A stretch of 64,000 nt of DNA from Tubulanus polymorphus (taxonomy: Eukaryota > Animalia > Nemertea): positions 21,920,150 through 21,984,149 of the forward strand of contig NC_134026.1 of assembly GCF_964204645.1 (NCBI RefSeq), read 5' to 3'. A program made the translations under genes and the position numbers. The stretch's first letter is position 1. Each line of letters opens with the position of its first letter. The notes under the pieces were generated by a model. That model saw only the letters and a program-made list of their open reading frames with translations, did not search any database and was not told the DNA's origin. Below, piece after piece: positions 1 through 11,009 of this stretch.

Positions 1-229
1 TTCGAATATGATTTCAAAATATGATTCTCGTTTCTTTGAAATACTGCGAAGCAAAATGGACGAGTAGCCTAAAAACGCTTATTTTCTTCGTTATCAAACA
101 TCGGGCATCGCCACACACGGTTCGTTGATCTCTCCGCTGATTCTTTCATAAAACATGAATCAGACTGCCGAAACAACCCACGAAAAAAAAAAAAACAAGA
201 CAAAAACGAGATGAAAGAAAAACACTTAC

Positions 230-383
230 CTGACATGTGAGACCTCCAGAGAGGACTGAGCTTGTTGCCGCGCGTGATGTCCATCGGGAAGTAGTCATCA
301 TCCGTCGTTAATCCGCAATCGTGCACAAAAATACGATCATGACCGCGTGCGTTGTCCACCATCGACGACGACGATCCGTGCAT
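230..383 (-). CDS. PDE4: Candidate alternative first exon of a short (UCR1-less) PDE4 isoform, MHGSSSSMVDNARG...KLSPLWRSHMS, phase 1
   Basis: ATG at 383, 51 open codons +1 nt, consensus donor CAG|GTAAGT at 230/229; downstream of UCR1. Vertebrate short-form first exons join the UCR2 exon in phase 1, but the partner exon is outside the window. Confidence 0.5.
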
Positions 384-1223
384 CGTGGCGCAACTACCGA
401 CTACACTTCAACAACTCGAATGCAAACTACATTTATACGCTTCGCTTTCAAAGGCGAGCTCTCATCAAAAGTGTGAAAGCACAACACAGCGTGCCAACTA
501 CGCCACGCGGTTTGTTCAATCGTTCGTTCGTTCGTTCGTTCGTTCGGGATAGAAACCGCCAGCAACTGCGTAGTCCTCCTCCTCTTCCTCCTCTCTGTAG
601 CATCTATAGCAACGGTAACTACTGATTTGTTTGTATATCGCCAACTACGGCTGGCTTCATGCACACACGTGTTCAAAAATGTGAATGTATTTTGTTTTGA
701 GTGTTAACACGTACTGCCTTTTTCATTTTTGACCTATGATATTTGCCTCCTTCTTCGTACAGTACAGTTAGTACACATTTTTGACATTTCGACAAATGAA
801 AGCGCTTGCTCCGGGCACACAATAAAGAAATACGATCGGATGGTATAACTTTTCTCTAAAACCTTGACGTAGAGTCAATATGTTTTTACTTTGAATTTTC
901 ACGAGTAGTGAAAATTCTCCATTGGATATGTTACGATTATACAAGATTTCGGTGAACCCAAACTTTCAGGACTAAAGGTCTTTTATGAATATTCGTTCAA
1001 TTTGACAAAACAAATAGCATGGTGCATTTTGGATTTTAGATGAAGAACGATGCATCGGTAACTTTCTTATGTCGATCCGGAAAGTTGTAGAATTAACGCT
1101 TGGGTGACTAATATAAAGCATGCCAGACGAACGTCGAGTTCATTTTGAGGATGGCCATCACTGCCGACGCCGCCACCATATCCGCAGCGATAATCAACAC
1201 TCATAAAAGCAGGAGATTATTAC

Positions 1224-1324
1224 CCGTGGAGGGTCTTCATGGCGGTCACAAATTGACAAGTTTCTTCCGCTGGAATAATGACAGCCGGATCGGCTGGAGA
1301 AGTATTCGCAAGGCGGCTATTCAT
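1224..1324 (-). CDS. PDE4: Candidate alternative first exon MNSRLANTSPADPAVIIPAEETCQFVTAMKTLH(G), phase 2
   Basis: ATG at 1324, 33 codons +2 nt, donor GG|GTAATA; same exit phase as the UCR1 exon, so it could replace that exon. Confidence 0.5.
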
Positions 1325-3545
1325 GATGAAAGTTGATCGAGTTTTTCGCTCAATTTTTACAGCTTCATTCATATTCATATATTACTCGGGAGGATGGTTC
1401 AATCTACATGCAGACATCGCAGGTTTTTTCCCCCAATCAAAAACTGCTTCGTTCGGACTCGCGATTCTTTAGATTTGCGTTACCGTGGGATGATCGTGTG
1501 CCTGTGAATGCCGAATTGATCCAAGTCATTAGCGACTATTGTTTAGAGATGAGCTCGTATGTCGAGCGCGCACGAATTCAAGCAATTACGTGTTCTTTTA
1601 AAAGACTAGACGAAGACGTCATCATCGCCAGCTATAGCAGCATCATCGACAAGACAGCCACGTTCTTGTTATTTGGGAGTGTGAAGCGTTTCAACTGCTG
1701 CATAAATAATTCCGAACATCTCTTCCGAGATGGCTCGTTTTTCCGACTTTCCTCTGTCGCAGCGTCGAAGGCAATCGATTGGCGACTGAGCGCCATCACG
1801 TCGTGTATACGCTGTCCCGTTCATATATGATCCCGTTTTCACGCTGTTAAGCCTTTGATGTCAACAGGTTTTGGATTATGCATCTTACGAAGAAACTCAC
1901 TTCCCTTCCTTGAAAATATACACCGCCAACGTTGCATATTTGCATACCGGTGCAAAAACAATTCCATCAATTATGCAAGTACAAACATCTTTCGAGCGAG
2001 AATGTGCCGACAAAAATTCCGTTTACCATTTTAATCTTCCACTTGAGGGAATGCGCTTCCGTGAATTGTTTTTCAAGTCGACACTCCTGACTCCAGTTTT
2101 AATCACTTTCCAGCTTTAATCGCTTTTGCAATGCACGAAACTTAATTTGTTAAGCATCGTAAAAATGACTCGACTAAGTGGATTTCATTTTGATTTATGA
2201 ATTGGTGGCTTGTGGCTGATGTTAGTGACAGAGGCATGGCGAGATCATTTTTTTTTCCATTTTTCAAGAGCAAATCACTTGTTGAATCAAATCCAAATGA
2301 AATGAAATGAAGAATCTCTTGGACCAGAAGTAAGAACCTCAATTATAGGGTTAGGTGTTTGAGGGTTAGGATTAGCCCCCCATTGGCTCATATATGACGT
2401 ATGAGATAAAGATGACCAATGAGAACAAGCAATTTCAAAATCCATCTGACCATTCCCTTACTTTCCAGTCCAAAAAATATATTCTAATAATTGATTGAAT
2501 GTTGAATGACTGAAAATTATGATAAGTCACAGGAGAGGAGCGGAGCATCCATTCATCATAAAAGCACTATACGGTGGAAATTGGGTCTAGAATAAATATG
2601 CTTTTTGTTTTCATGTACATAAACAATGCTAATATGGAATGTTATGAGTGTAGAGAAATGGATGACTCCCCAAAATGATCATCAATCATCGCTATTTGAA
2701 GCCCCTCGTGGGACGAAGCGAGCCCCGGCGAAACGTCAAATAACGATTATACTAAATTCTCAAGGGTAAAATCGAAATTTCGTGACCTACAGAAACAAAT
2801 AACATGCAGTGGTGGATCCTGAGTGTTCGTTCTGCCATATACGGCACATTCAAGAATTCAAGCGACTTAATCATCGTACGTGGCTACCCCTGAAAAAAAA
2901 CCTGCTTTTATGACAGCGAGGCACTCGGATGTTGGCACTCGGATCCATCCCTGATATACGATGAAAGTAGTTTTATCAGCGTAACAGAAACTCATTACAG
3001 ACGCGCTCACGTAGTTCAATGAATAGACTGAAGATGGCAGCAGTGAATGAGTAAGCCGCGAGTGATGGATCAATTTAGCCGACACGTTTCCAACGATCGT
3101 GATAAAACTTCTCACATCGAGACGCGGACAGTTTCGCGTCGGAATGAGTAAAAAGGCATAAAGCACCATGCATGAAGCAATGTAAAAATTCAAATGAGCG
3201 CGAAGTAAGAAATTGCAAGCTTTTTTCCTCCGGATAACGGTCGATGACAAATTCTAATCGTTTAATTCGAACTTCTCATCAGCACCGGTCACATGAATTT
3301 GCCCACCGGTAAACCAGATTGCCCAAGCGCTCAAGATGACCGTGTAATATTCAGATTTGCACGGTTGTAGGTGGCATCTCAATTCAACTAATTGACGTGC
3401 TGTTCGGGGAGCGGATTCTTATGCGTCAATTAACGATATCTTCATTTCTTTTTTTACGGACGCCCCGTTCTCTCTGGCCAAACGTCTCACGTAAACGTGG
3501 CGTTTAGTCATCGCAGAGTTCAAGCAGACCAGTAAACATATTCAT

Positions 3546-3580
3546 TGACGTCAAGACGGATGACCTGACAATTGACGTCA
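3546..3580. promoter_or_regulatory. Two perfect cAMP response elements (TGACGTCA) in the intron downstream of UCR1
   Basis: TGACGTCA at 3546-3553 and 3573-3580, with TGACG half sites near 3393 and 3424; upstream of the candidate short-form first exons. Confidence 0.7.
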
Positions 3581-3959
3581 TGCGTTTATTTTCGACAAAC
3601 AGAGCGAAGAAGTCAATAATACACGGAACATGCATATATGTATAAGTTCATTAGGAAGACAGATCTATTTGAATGATTTCAGTAATTTAGCTTCACTAAT
3701 TATTCCTACCGGTAAATTTGCCAATGGAATATTCTAGAGCGAATGAAACACAGAATGCCGCGACTTTGATATATATCAAGGATGGTAAATCAAGAAGGAG
3801 CGAAATACGAACTGGAAATTTCTTATTCTGGTTGACTTATATACATTGCTTCATGATGTGTACTTTTGCAGATTATAAATCAATACTGACGAATTAAACA
3901 AGTTTTCAAAAACTCCAAAATTCGAAACGTTTCAAGCGTTTTGAGATCATTTGTCAGCA

Positions 3960-4394
3960 CAGGGGCGGATCTAGGGTTAGATTTAGGGAGGGGTACACAC
4001 TCAAAATAGGGGCATATCATAAATAATCAAAAGAGCAGTGCGAAAGAAAGCTCATTGGTAAACATCGACGCATCTTTTGGACGGAGAAGAAACTTTTTTC
4101 GGTATCAATTTAATAACCATTGGTGAAACATTATTCAGTGTTGTAATGATATATAGAACAAACCCATACTAATTACGTAATTATCCTAATGACTTAAATT
4201 GTCTCTTTGTTCTCAATGGCATAAATGTTGAATGAATAAGTAAACCTTTCGGACTAAATCTTCCATGATATTAGAGTGGGTTTTTCTATATATCAATTTA
4301 ATGTTTTTTCATTTTCCCGTAAAATTTCAGGGCAACTAGATATTTTCTAGGACGGGGTATGCACCCCTGCACCCTACTGTTTGATCTGCCCCTG
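3960..4394. mobile_element. MITE with CAGGGGCGGATC terminal inverted repeats (hAT-like ends)
   Basis: CAGGGGCGGATC at 3960 and GATCTGCCCCTG ending 4394; AT-rich non-coding interior; no clear TSD. Confidence 0.65.
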
Positions 4395-4473
4395 GGACAA
4401 CTTATTGCAGGAATCTCGCATCATTTTCAAGCCACTAAAAACTACTGTATCATCACGATAATCATATACTCAC

Positions 4474-4656
4474 AGTTCACTGGTAATGGAGGAGTTTCTG
4501 GACATCGACTTCGGAGACAAATCAAAATCGCTGTCGGATCGGTATATGAAAGACTCTCGTCGCTGGGGGAAGTTCTGCGACAGTACAAGTCCCGACGACG
4601 GACTCGCGCCATCCAGTGGGCTGCGATGTGGGGACGTTCCATTTTCAACGTCAAAG
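4474..4656 (-). CDS. PDE4: PDE4 UCR1 exon: [60 protein letters not shown](L)
   Basis: Pyrimidine-rich acceptor ending TTTGCAG|, 183-nt exon (phase 2-2), donor CT|GTGAGT; translation closely matches the PDE4 UCR1 signature including the PKA site RRES. Confidence 0.97.
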
Positions 4657-4968
4657 CTGCAAAAAGAGAATAAATAGATCGGTTCAGATTCATTTTCACA
4701 TTTCTAGTCGACTGACATTTGTCTCCAATTTTGCTCTAGATGTCTAGATCCGTCTACCCAGACGTAATCAGGCGGATGACGACTGGAACAGACTCCGAGT
4801 GAAGAAAAACCTAAGGGCGCCGGCTTTCTCGGAATAACGCACGTCAACAAACCAATCCGTGATCGTCACTGACAGAAATTCATCGGATAGAAAAACGCAG
4901 TAGAAATCCCGCGTCGGAATTGAAATTGAAATTTCACGTATTCATGACAGAGAATCCAATCTACTCAC

Positions 4969-5084
4969 CGCGGTCCCGGAATTCGTAATCGCAGTCGCGG
5001 CCGAGGCGACCGCGGAGTACGCGACGGCGACTTTATAGTCGGAGACAAAGTTTCGGAATCTCGAAACGATCGTTCGGCGGCCAT
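4969..5084 (-). CDS. PDE4: Alternative first exon of a long PDE4 isoform, MAAERSFRDSETLSPTIKSPSRTPRSPRPRLRLRIPGP(R)
   Basis: ATG in good context (ACGATGG), 38 codons +2 nt, donor CG|GTGAGT, phase 2 matches the UCR1 acceptor 312 nt away; SP/TP-rich like PDE4 N-termini. Confidence 0.78.
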
Positions 5085-5808
5085 CGTGCGTGCACGGAGA
5101 ACAGTCCCGAATCGTGTGCAAATTTGTCAAGCGCACAACAAGAACACGATAATCGAGAGAATTGACACAACTCTTCAAAACTCAGTTAATGTATGACAAA
5201 ATCAGTCAACTTAGCTCGTACACAACTCAAGACTGGTGTGAAAACAACCTTCCGTACATCGAAATCCACTCGGGAAAAATCAACTTTTAACTTTTATCCT
5301 TAGCTTTCAAATAAGGCTACATACTCTGACCTCGAGAGTATATACATACATATCGCAACAACAACGACTTTATCAGCGCTGGTCTTTTGTCATTGGAACT
5401 AATTCAAATAGACTTCACCAGTAATAAATAGCTGGGAGATTGTCGTGTCCTATATAGTCGGAGATCCCAGGCAAACTAATTTAGCATGACTGACTAGCTA
5501 CACTACACCCGACATCATCTGTAGCCAGTTTATTATGCAGCCAGGGGTATATAGCATATTGATTCTGGGGTGTGGGACTCGTGTGTGGTTGGCTCGCCGA
5601 ACAACAGCGGCTGCCGTGGAAAAAATTATGCACGTTGTGTTGAATATTTTATTGACAACTCGACGTAAAACAATACTTGACACACTCATGAAACATGCGT
5701 CGTCCACTTAATAACGTTAACCCTCTTCAAGCTATCATTTGCTCATTTTCAGACAAATGGCTTGTAGACCTTTGCGGACCCATAAGACATATTTAAATTC
5801 TAAATTAC

Positions 5809-5951
5809 CTGTTAAGATCAAAGATGAAAATGCATTTAATTTGTGAAGTTGCATTACTAAAATGCTTACCCCCCCCCCAAAAAATGAATGGAAGGAATGG
5901 ACCCACGACATTTTGATGTGCACCTTTTTGCTGATATTGCATGTTGTCCAT
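5809..5951 (-). CDS. Weak candidate first exon (MDNMQYQQKG...FDLN, phase 2), or alternatively a recursive splice site
   Basis: Open frame to AG|GTAATT in phase 2, but it spans a poly-G run and its end looks like a polypyrimidine acceptor. Confidence 0.22.
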
Positions 5952-6650
5952 ACTGCCATTGGCAAAGACAAATAGATATTTCAGAAATAAAAAAAATCTG
6001 AGTGATGACAATTTTCTAAGTCAATGGTACTCAAATCTACTAATTATTTTCATATAAACATGATATAAGTTCTACATAATAAGACCTCTTCAACCTCTGG
6101 GAGTGTTATTTCATATCGCTGTACGATTAATAATCATAACGCGCAACCCTGAGGTGTCTGACTGTCTGTAAAATGTTCCAATTAATCAATAGAAAAAAAG
6201 TTGGGCGTCTTTCGGTACAAAAAAAAGAAAAGAAAAAAAAAACGGTTTGCAAATATCAAGAATAAACCAAAGAGCAGAAAACAAAGATGAGAGAACCTAG
6301 TCGGTTGAGTATTGGAAGTTAGAGAGTGAAGATCGCATTCTCCTGTTGCACTTGAGATCTGGAGGCGAAGAGGGAAGGCTAGTCTTTAATCAGTCGAGAT
6401 CTCAGTTGACATGTCAATAACAGGTTTCCATCGATTTCCTTTAAATGTGAGATAGTCACGCACTCAGAATGAGATAATTGCAAACGGCATCTATAGTGAT
6501 GACGAAGAATAATGATTCATAAAAATACTACCAGGCACTCAGTAACATGGGTGGGGCAAGTCTATTGCATAGTAGTCATCGACTCAGCAGTTAGTCAGAT
6601 ATCATTTGCACTAATTAATTCCCCGAACCGTAATCCACCTGAGCCTGTGG

Positions 6651-6965
6651 AGCCCAGTTGCATGCTTCTGACTTAAGTCCAAAAGTGGTCTTGAATCTTA
6701 AGACTGGTCTTAAGTTGTTAGATTGGCTTAAGCACTAAGATGGTCTTATACTGGTCTTCAATCTAAATCATGACCGTGCCCCAGTTGCACAGTCATGACT
6801 TACGTTCATAAGTGGTCTCAAATATTAAGACGGGTCTGAAGTTGTTAGATAACCTATAAAACTAAGATGGTCTTAGACCCGTCTTAAAATCCAAGTTATG
6901 ACTGCGCAACTAGTCAAGACTTAAATTCAAAAGCAGTCTCAAATCTTAAGGCTGTCATCTTAGGT
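6651..6965. mobile_element. Tandem/nested array of about 2.5 copies of a ~130-bp MITE (CCCAGTTGCACAGTCATGACTTA termini)
   Basis: Units start near 6651, 6779 and 6912 and share GTGGTCT..TTAAGAC..AAGTTGTTAGAT..CTAAGATGGTCTTA; unit 2 has inverted ends. Confidence 0.75.
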
Positions 6966-7197
6966 TGTCAGTTACTGGTTTCCCTTAGGTAGGAGTCAGT
7001 TTTCCTTACGTAGGAGTCGGTGTGAAAGGGTTAAGATTTGCCGGAGACCTTAAAATTTGATATATCATCTGTAACGCTGTTCTAGAGAAGAAACAAATCG
7101 ATATTCGCTTTCAAAGCTTCCAAGAAAATCAATTACTTCGCCGCTCACGGTGTGCGCTCGAACCAAACTTAATTTTGATTTGTATCTATTTGATTAC

Positions 7198-7253
7198 CTT
7201 TCGAATTCCGTCATGAAGATGATGTCAAAGTTTTCATCAAAATACGGATACAT
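7198..7253 (-). CDS. PDE4: Candidate alternative first exon MYPYFDENFDIIFMTEFE(S), phase 2
   Basis: ATG at 7253 with an upstream in-frame stop, 18 codons +2 nt, donor AAG|GTAATC. Confidence 0.5.
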
Positions 7254-8421
7254 CAGACTCGGTCGCGATCAAAACATTGCGTGGGGTAACAGCGGTTCGA
7301 TTTAGATACACTCAACGACGATTGAGAACGTTTTCAGAAAAGCATCAGACAAACGATAGATATCCAGTTTTAATTCCGGTTGCGAATAAAAATCATTCAA
7401 ACAAACATTCTATTCCGTGAAAATAACAAAACCGATTTTCGTAGGATCCGATTTTCTGGGCAGAGGTATAAACTTCGCAGTAGATATTCTTAAGCCGTGC
7501 TCGGTAGGAATTTCCGTTCGTTTAGTTAAGAATTAACGTCGGATTAACGATATTCTATGAATCAGTCTATAGGCGTGTGTATTAAAAGTTAAACACGCAT
7601 TACGAAGCTAAGGCGAATATTGTTCGAAATGATTTTACTTGGAATATCATGCTACCGTGACCGGAACGTCCGAACCATGACAGGTACAGTACCTTTAACC
7701 GCAGCACTGTTGACACCCGTCATTGAAATACGAAATGAGTGCCCTCTGGAGAAGACCGATATAGATTCCCGAGACTTTCGAATCATGCTCGGAAATGAAT
7801 TTCGCCGCAAAAGTCAACATCGAATTTCTCAGTACCCATTATCACAAAAATTGAGAGGGGATCGAATTCCATTTTTGAAATACTTCAATTCGAAATTTCT
7901 ATTTGTTGAAAGTACTTAAATGTGCATTTCCACCACGCGGTGTAGCTAATACAAATACTTCTACATCAGTCGACAAAGAAAGAATTAGAAAAACCGCAGC
8001 GCCGAGACTCAGATGTTTTCTGGTATGTAAAAAGACTTTCGACGACATTAAGAGGCACTAAATCATATCGAGTATACAAAGATTCTTCGCCAAAAAGAAA
8101 AACAATTGGTATGAAGTAGTGCCGCGTTGAATTTTTCATACTGACTTCACAATGAAGTTGCTTTGATGCTGAGGGAACTTGGCAGTTGGAGTAAACTTGC
8201 GATGATAAGAGCTAGAAGGTTGTGTCAGGGTAAACTCAACAACGCTTCCATATTATTTAAGAAAATTTGAGTCAGTCGCCAGTCATTGCAAAGAAATGAT
8301 AAGCAAACCATCGAAGAGTTAACTGAAGTTTACACTTCTATGGCCAAACAAAACCGATCGAAATGGATTATTGCATTTTGGAGTTAGGGTGTGATGGTTG
8401 CCCCTGGTTCTGCATACTTAC

Positions 8422-8477
8422 CTCTCGATTAAACCATCAACTAGGTTCAAATATAGCGTTGATATATATCGCACCAT
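8422..8477 (-). CDS. PDE4: Candidate alternative first exon MVRYISTLYLNLVDGLIE(S), phase 2
   Basis: ATG at 8477 (AGAATGG) after an in-frame TAG, 18 codons +2 nt, consensus donor GAG|GTAAGT. Confidence 0.58.
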
Positions 8478-9100
8478 TCTCTAACGGAATATTCAAGTTT
8501 ACGAGCGCCGTGAGCAAGGTGGTTGCAGACCATTTTAATATTATCACAGCAAGGAGCCTACTGCTTTTTTAGAAAATGTTAGAAAATACCTATTCCTGCC
8601 AATACGAAACCTAAGCATTTGATACAAAGCAGAATGGTTTGGCTGCAGTTTTTCTAGTCAGTTTGCACCAGTAACCTTTACAATCAATCTATAAACAGCG
8701 GTAGCCGAACAGAAGCATATAACATACGTATACATATACATAACGATGATAAATGCTTTAAGATTTGCAGTAAAAAATAGAGCACGCATTACATAACGCA
8801 GCCTGAAGTATACAATGAAATAGGATATAGTAGCAAAGATCAATGGTAGCTGTTTTGATGGCCCTGTAACGAACGAACGGAACGTCTATTTTATCGCATG
8901 AAAAAAAGTTCTATCACCAGAACATCGAGAACGCATCATTAAATTCTTGTATACACGATCTAAATACAGTAGAATAGGTAAAATTTGATATAAATAAACA
9001 CATTCCTGCCGACTGAACTCTGCAAATGGAAGCTAATTAAGTAAAAATGTCTGGAATTATGTTTTCGACCGACCGGTGGGTTAAGAAAGGGGTCATTTAC

Positions 9101-9123
9101 CTCGAAGGTAGATTATCAGACAT
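9101..9123 (-). CDS. PDE4: Candidate very short first coding exon MSDNLPS(S), phase 2
   Basis: ATG at 9123, 7 codons +2 nt, donor GAG|GTAAAT; short enough to arise by chance. Confidence 0.3.
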
Positions 9124-9723
9124 CAGCAACGGTAAACCTCACAATAAGATTGCCTCATTAGTAGCTACTCTCCGTTGCCTTTCATCAAGTAGCCGGCAAT
9201 TTGGCACGTAGTAATTTCGTGCGATTTGGATCAGCTGCGGCAACACATACTCTGATGTGAAGCCGCCCTAATCCTGTGACATTTAAGGTCACTTAATGCC
9301 TTTATTCGTAACATCATCATTTTCGTAACATCGTTTCCCCGAAAATGTACCTACATACGCGCGTATCCATAAAAACAAGAAAATTACGCATAATTGCCCT
9401 ATCATTTCAAAATAGACTGATATATGTTTATCGAGGACGCATCGAACCCTCCAGCTCGTAACAAGGTGACATTCCGAAGATTAGCGTCACCCACGAAGCA
9501 ACGGGTAATACCATCAGTCATACGCAAAATTCGATATTTCTCATAATTATTGTCAACTGACAAATCGAATGAATGATGGATAGCTCGATGTATAATATGC
9601 TGGTATAATACAGTTTGTATTTGCACACAGGAGGTAAAGCACGAGATGACTATAATTGGACGCAACATAACCCGCAATTGGGTATATATACCAAAAAGGT
9701 ATTATTAGAATAAGTAGAATTAC

Positions 9724-11009
9724 CTCTGTAACCTCAGATCCAAGCGCATACTGCCCGTATGCGGGTACCTCTTATGATGCGCCGATAACCAGGAGAATCC
9801 CGTCGCCCCGCCGTGGCACCCGAGTTTTTGGGCCGATCCGAGCTCGTGATGAAATCGACCCGATCGCTCGTACGTCGACGACGAGAACGACGGTGCCGAC
9901 CGCGCGTGGTTCAGATGGCTGTCGACGTCCTCTCGAACCCATTGATGAATCGGTACCGGGTGCATACTGCTATCCGCGATGCCCGTCGTCTGACCGCAGC
10001 TTACGGAACGGTGGTAATACACTTTTCCCGGTTGATTCTGCATTATGGCGTCCGCTGCCGCTACGTGACCCGCGTTACCCGGTAAGGCAGTGCCAATTTT
10101 GTTGATCGACCTCGATGATTCGAAAACCTCGCTATTATCGTCGGTCCAACTCAATCCCGAGTCGCCGCTTCCCGATGAGATGCGAAACACTACCCGCTCC
10201 GACGGCTGTTGTTGAGACGGATTCTCACTCGCGTTGACTTTTGACGAGATCTCTTGTACCGGTCTAGCAGTTCCACTTGGCTGCGATTTCGTCATCGGTT
10301 GCGCCGTCTCTGGTTTAGCGGGAACTTGACCTCTCTGCGGATTTCTCGTCGACACTAGTTTTCGCTGAACGCTCGAGTCCATCCGATGACTAGGTTTCGT
10401 ACCGGGCTGTGTATTCGCAGATTTTTGCGACGTTTCCACGAAGGATCTCGGTTGACTGCTCTGGGGAGTCGTAACCGTCGAAGGTTTTAGCGATAAATCC
10501 ATCTGACGAAGCCCCGAACCTGGCGCCGTTCCAGCGGATTGCGGTTTCATCTGAATTCTTTTATTAGCCGAATCCAATCCAGTTTTATTAGGTTGATGAT
10601 ACGGTTGTTGCGGTGTAGCCGGCGAATGTTGTCTCATAGCAGCAGTCGCTTCCGAAATTTCAGCCCCCTGACGATTGATGCGTCTGTCATTCTTCTGTAG
10701 ACATGAAACGGATGGCGGCGGATTCGTCGCCATTCTCACAGCTACAGGCCGCACGGTTTTTCCTCTCCGCTCTAGCGCACTACGCGTATCTTGGCGAATC
10801 GAGGAGGAAATGTCGGTTCGCTTTCGGCAAAAATCGACACCATCAACACCTGCCGAACCAGACGACGAAATATGCGTTGTAGTTGTAGTTGTTGCTGCCG
10901 CTTTTCTCGAAGTTGAGGATGAACTGATATGCACGGTAGTCGTATGCTGTGAATACTTGTATTTCGACGAACGATGCGTTGATTGTGTGAATCTCGGTAG
11001 ACCCGACAT
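9724..11009 (-). CDS. PDE4: Large coding exon giving a 428-aa S/T/Q/P-rich disordered N-terminus of a long PDE4 isoform
   Basis: Longest ORF in the window, GC-elevated; its apparent stop lies in the donor GAG|GTAATT (phase 2, matches UCR1); acceptor TTTTTTATTTGCCAG| at 11058/11057 just upstream of the ATG. Confidence 0.82.

Noticed and set aside
1333-1830. 165-aa plus-strand ORF as a nested gene
   Set aside because: TTG start, no recognisable homology or splice structure; probably promoter/UTR of the minus-strand exon
2346-2375. TTAGGG-like motifs
   Set aside because: Only 2-3 degenerate units; not a telomeric array
2867-3250. 127-aa minus ORF with an internal AC|GTGAGC donor near 3010
   Set aside because: Phase 0, weak donor context, no recognisable sequence; not excluded but unsupported
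4359-4699. ORF-track ORFs 4359-4673(+), 4442-4699(-), 4486-4677(+)
   Set aside because: Shadows of the real UCR1 exon, which is read in another minus-strand frame
4942-5178. 78-aa minus ORF
   Set aside because: Non-ATG start and phase 0 at the donor; the ATG frame 5084-4969 fits UCR1 instead
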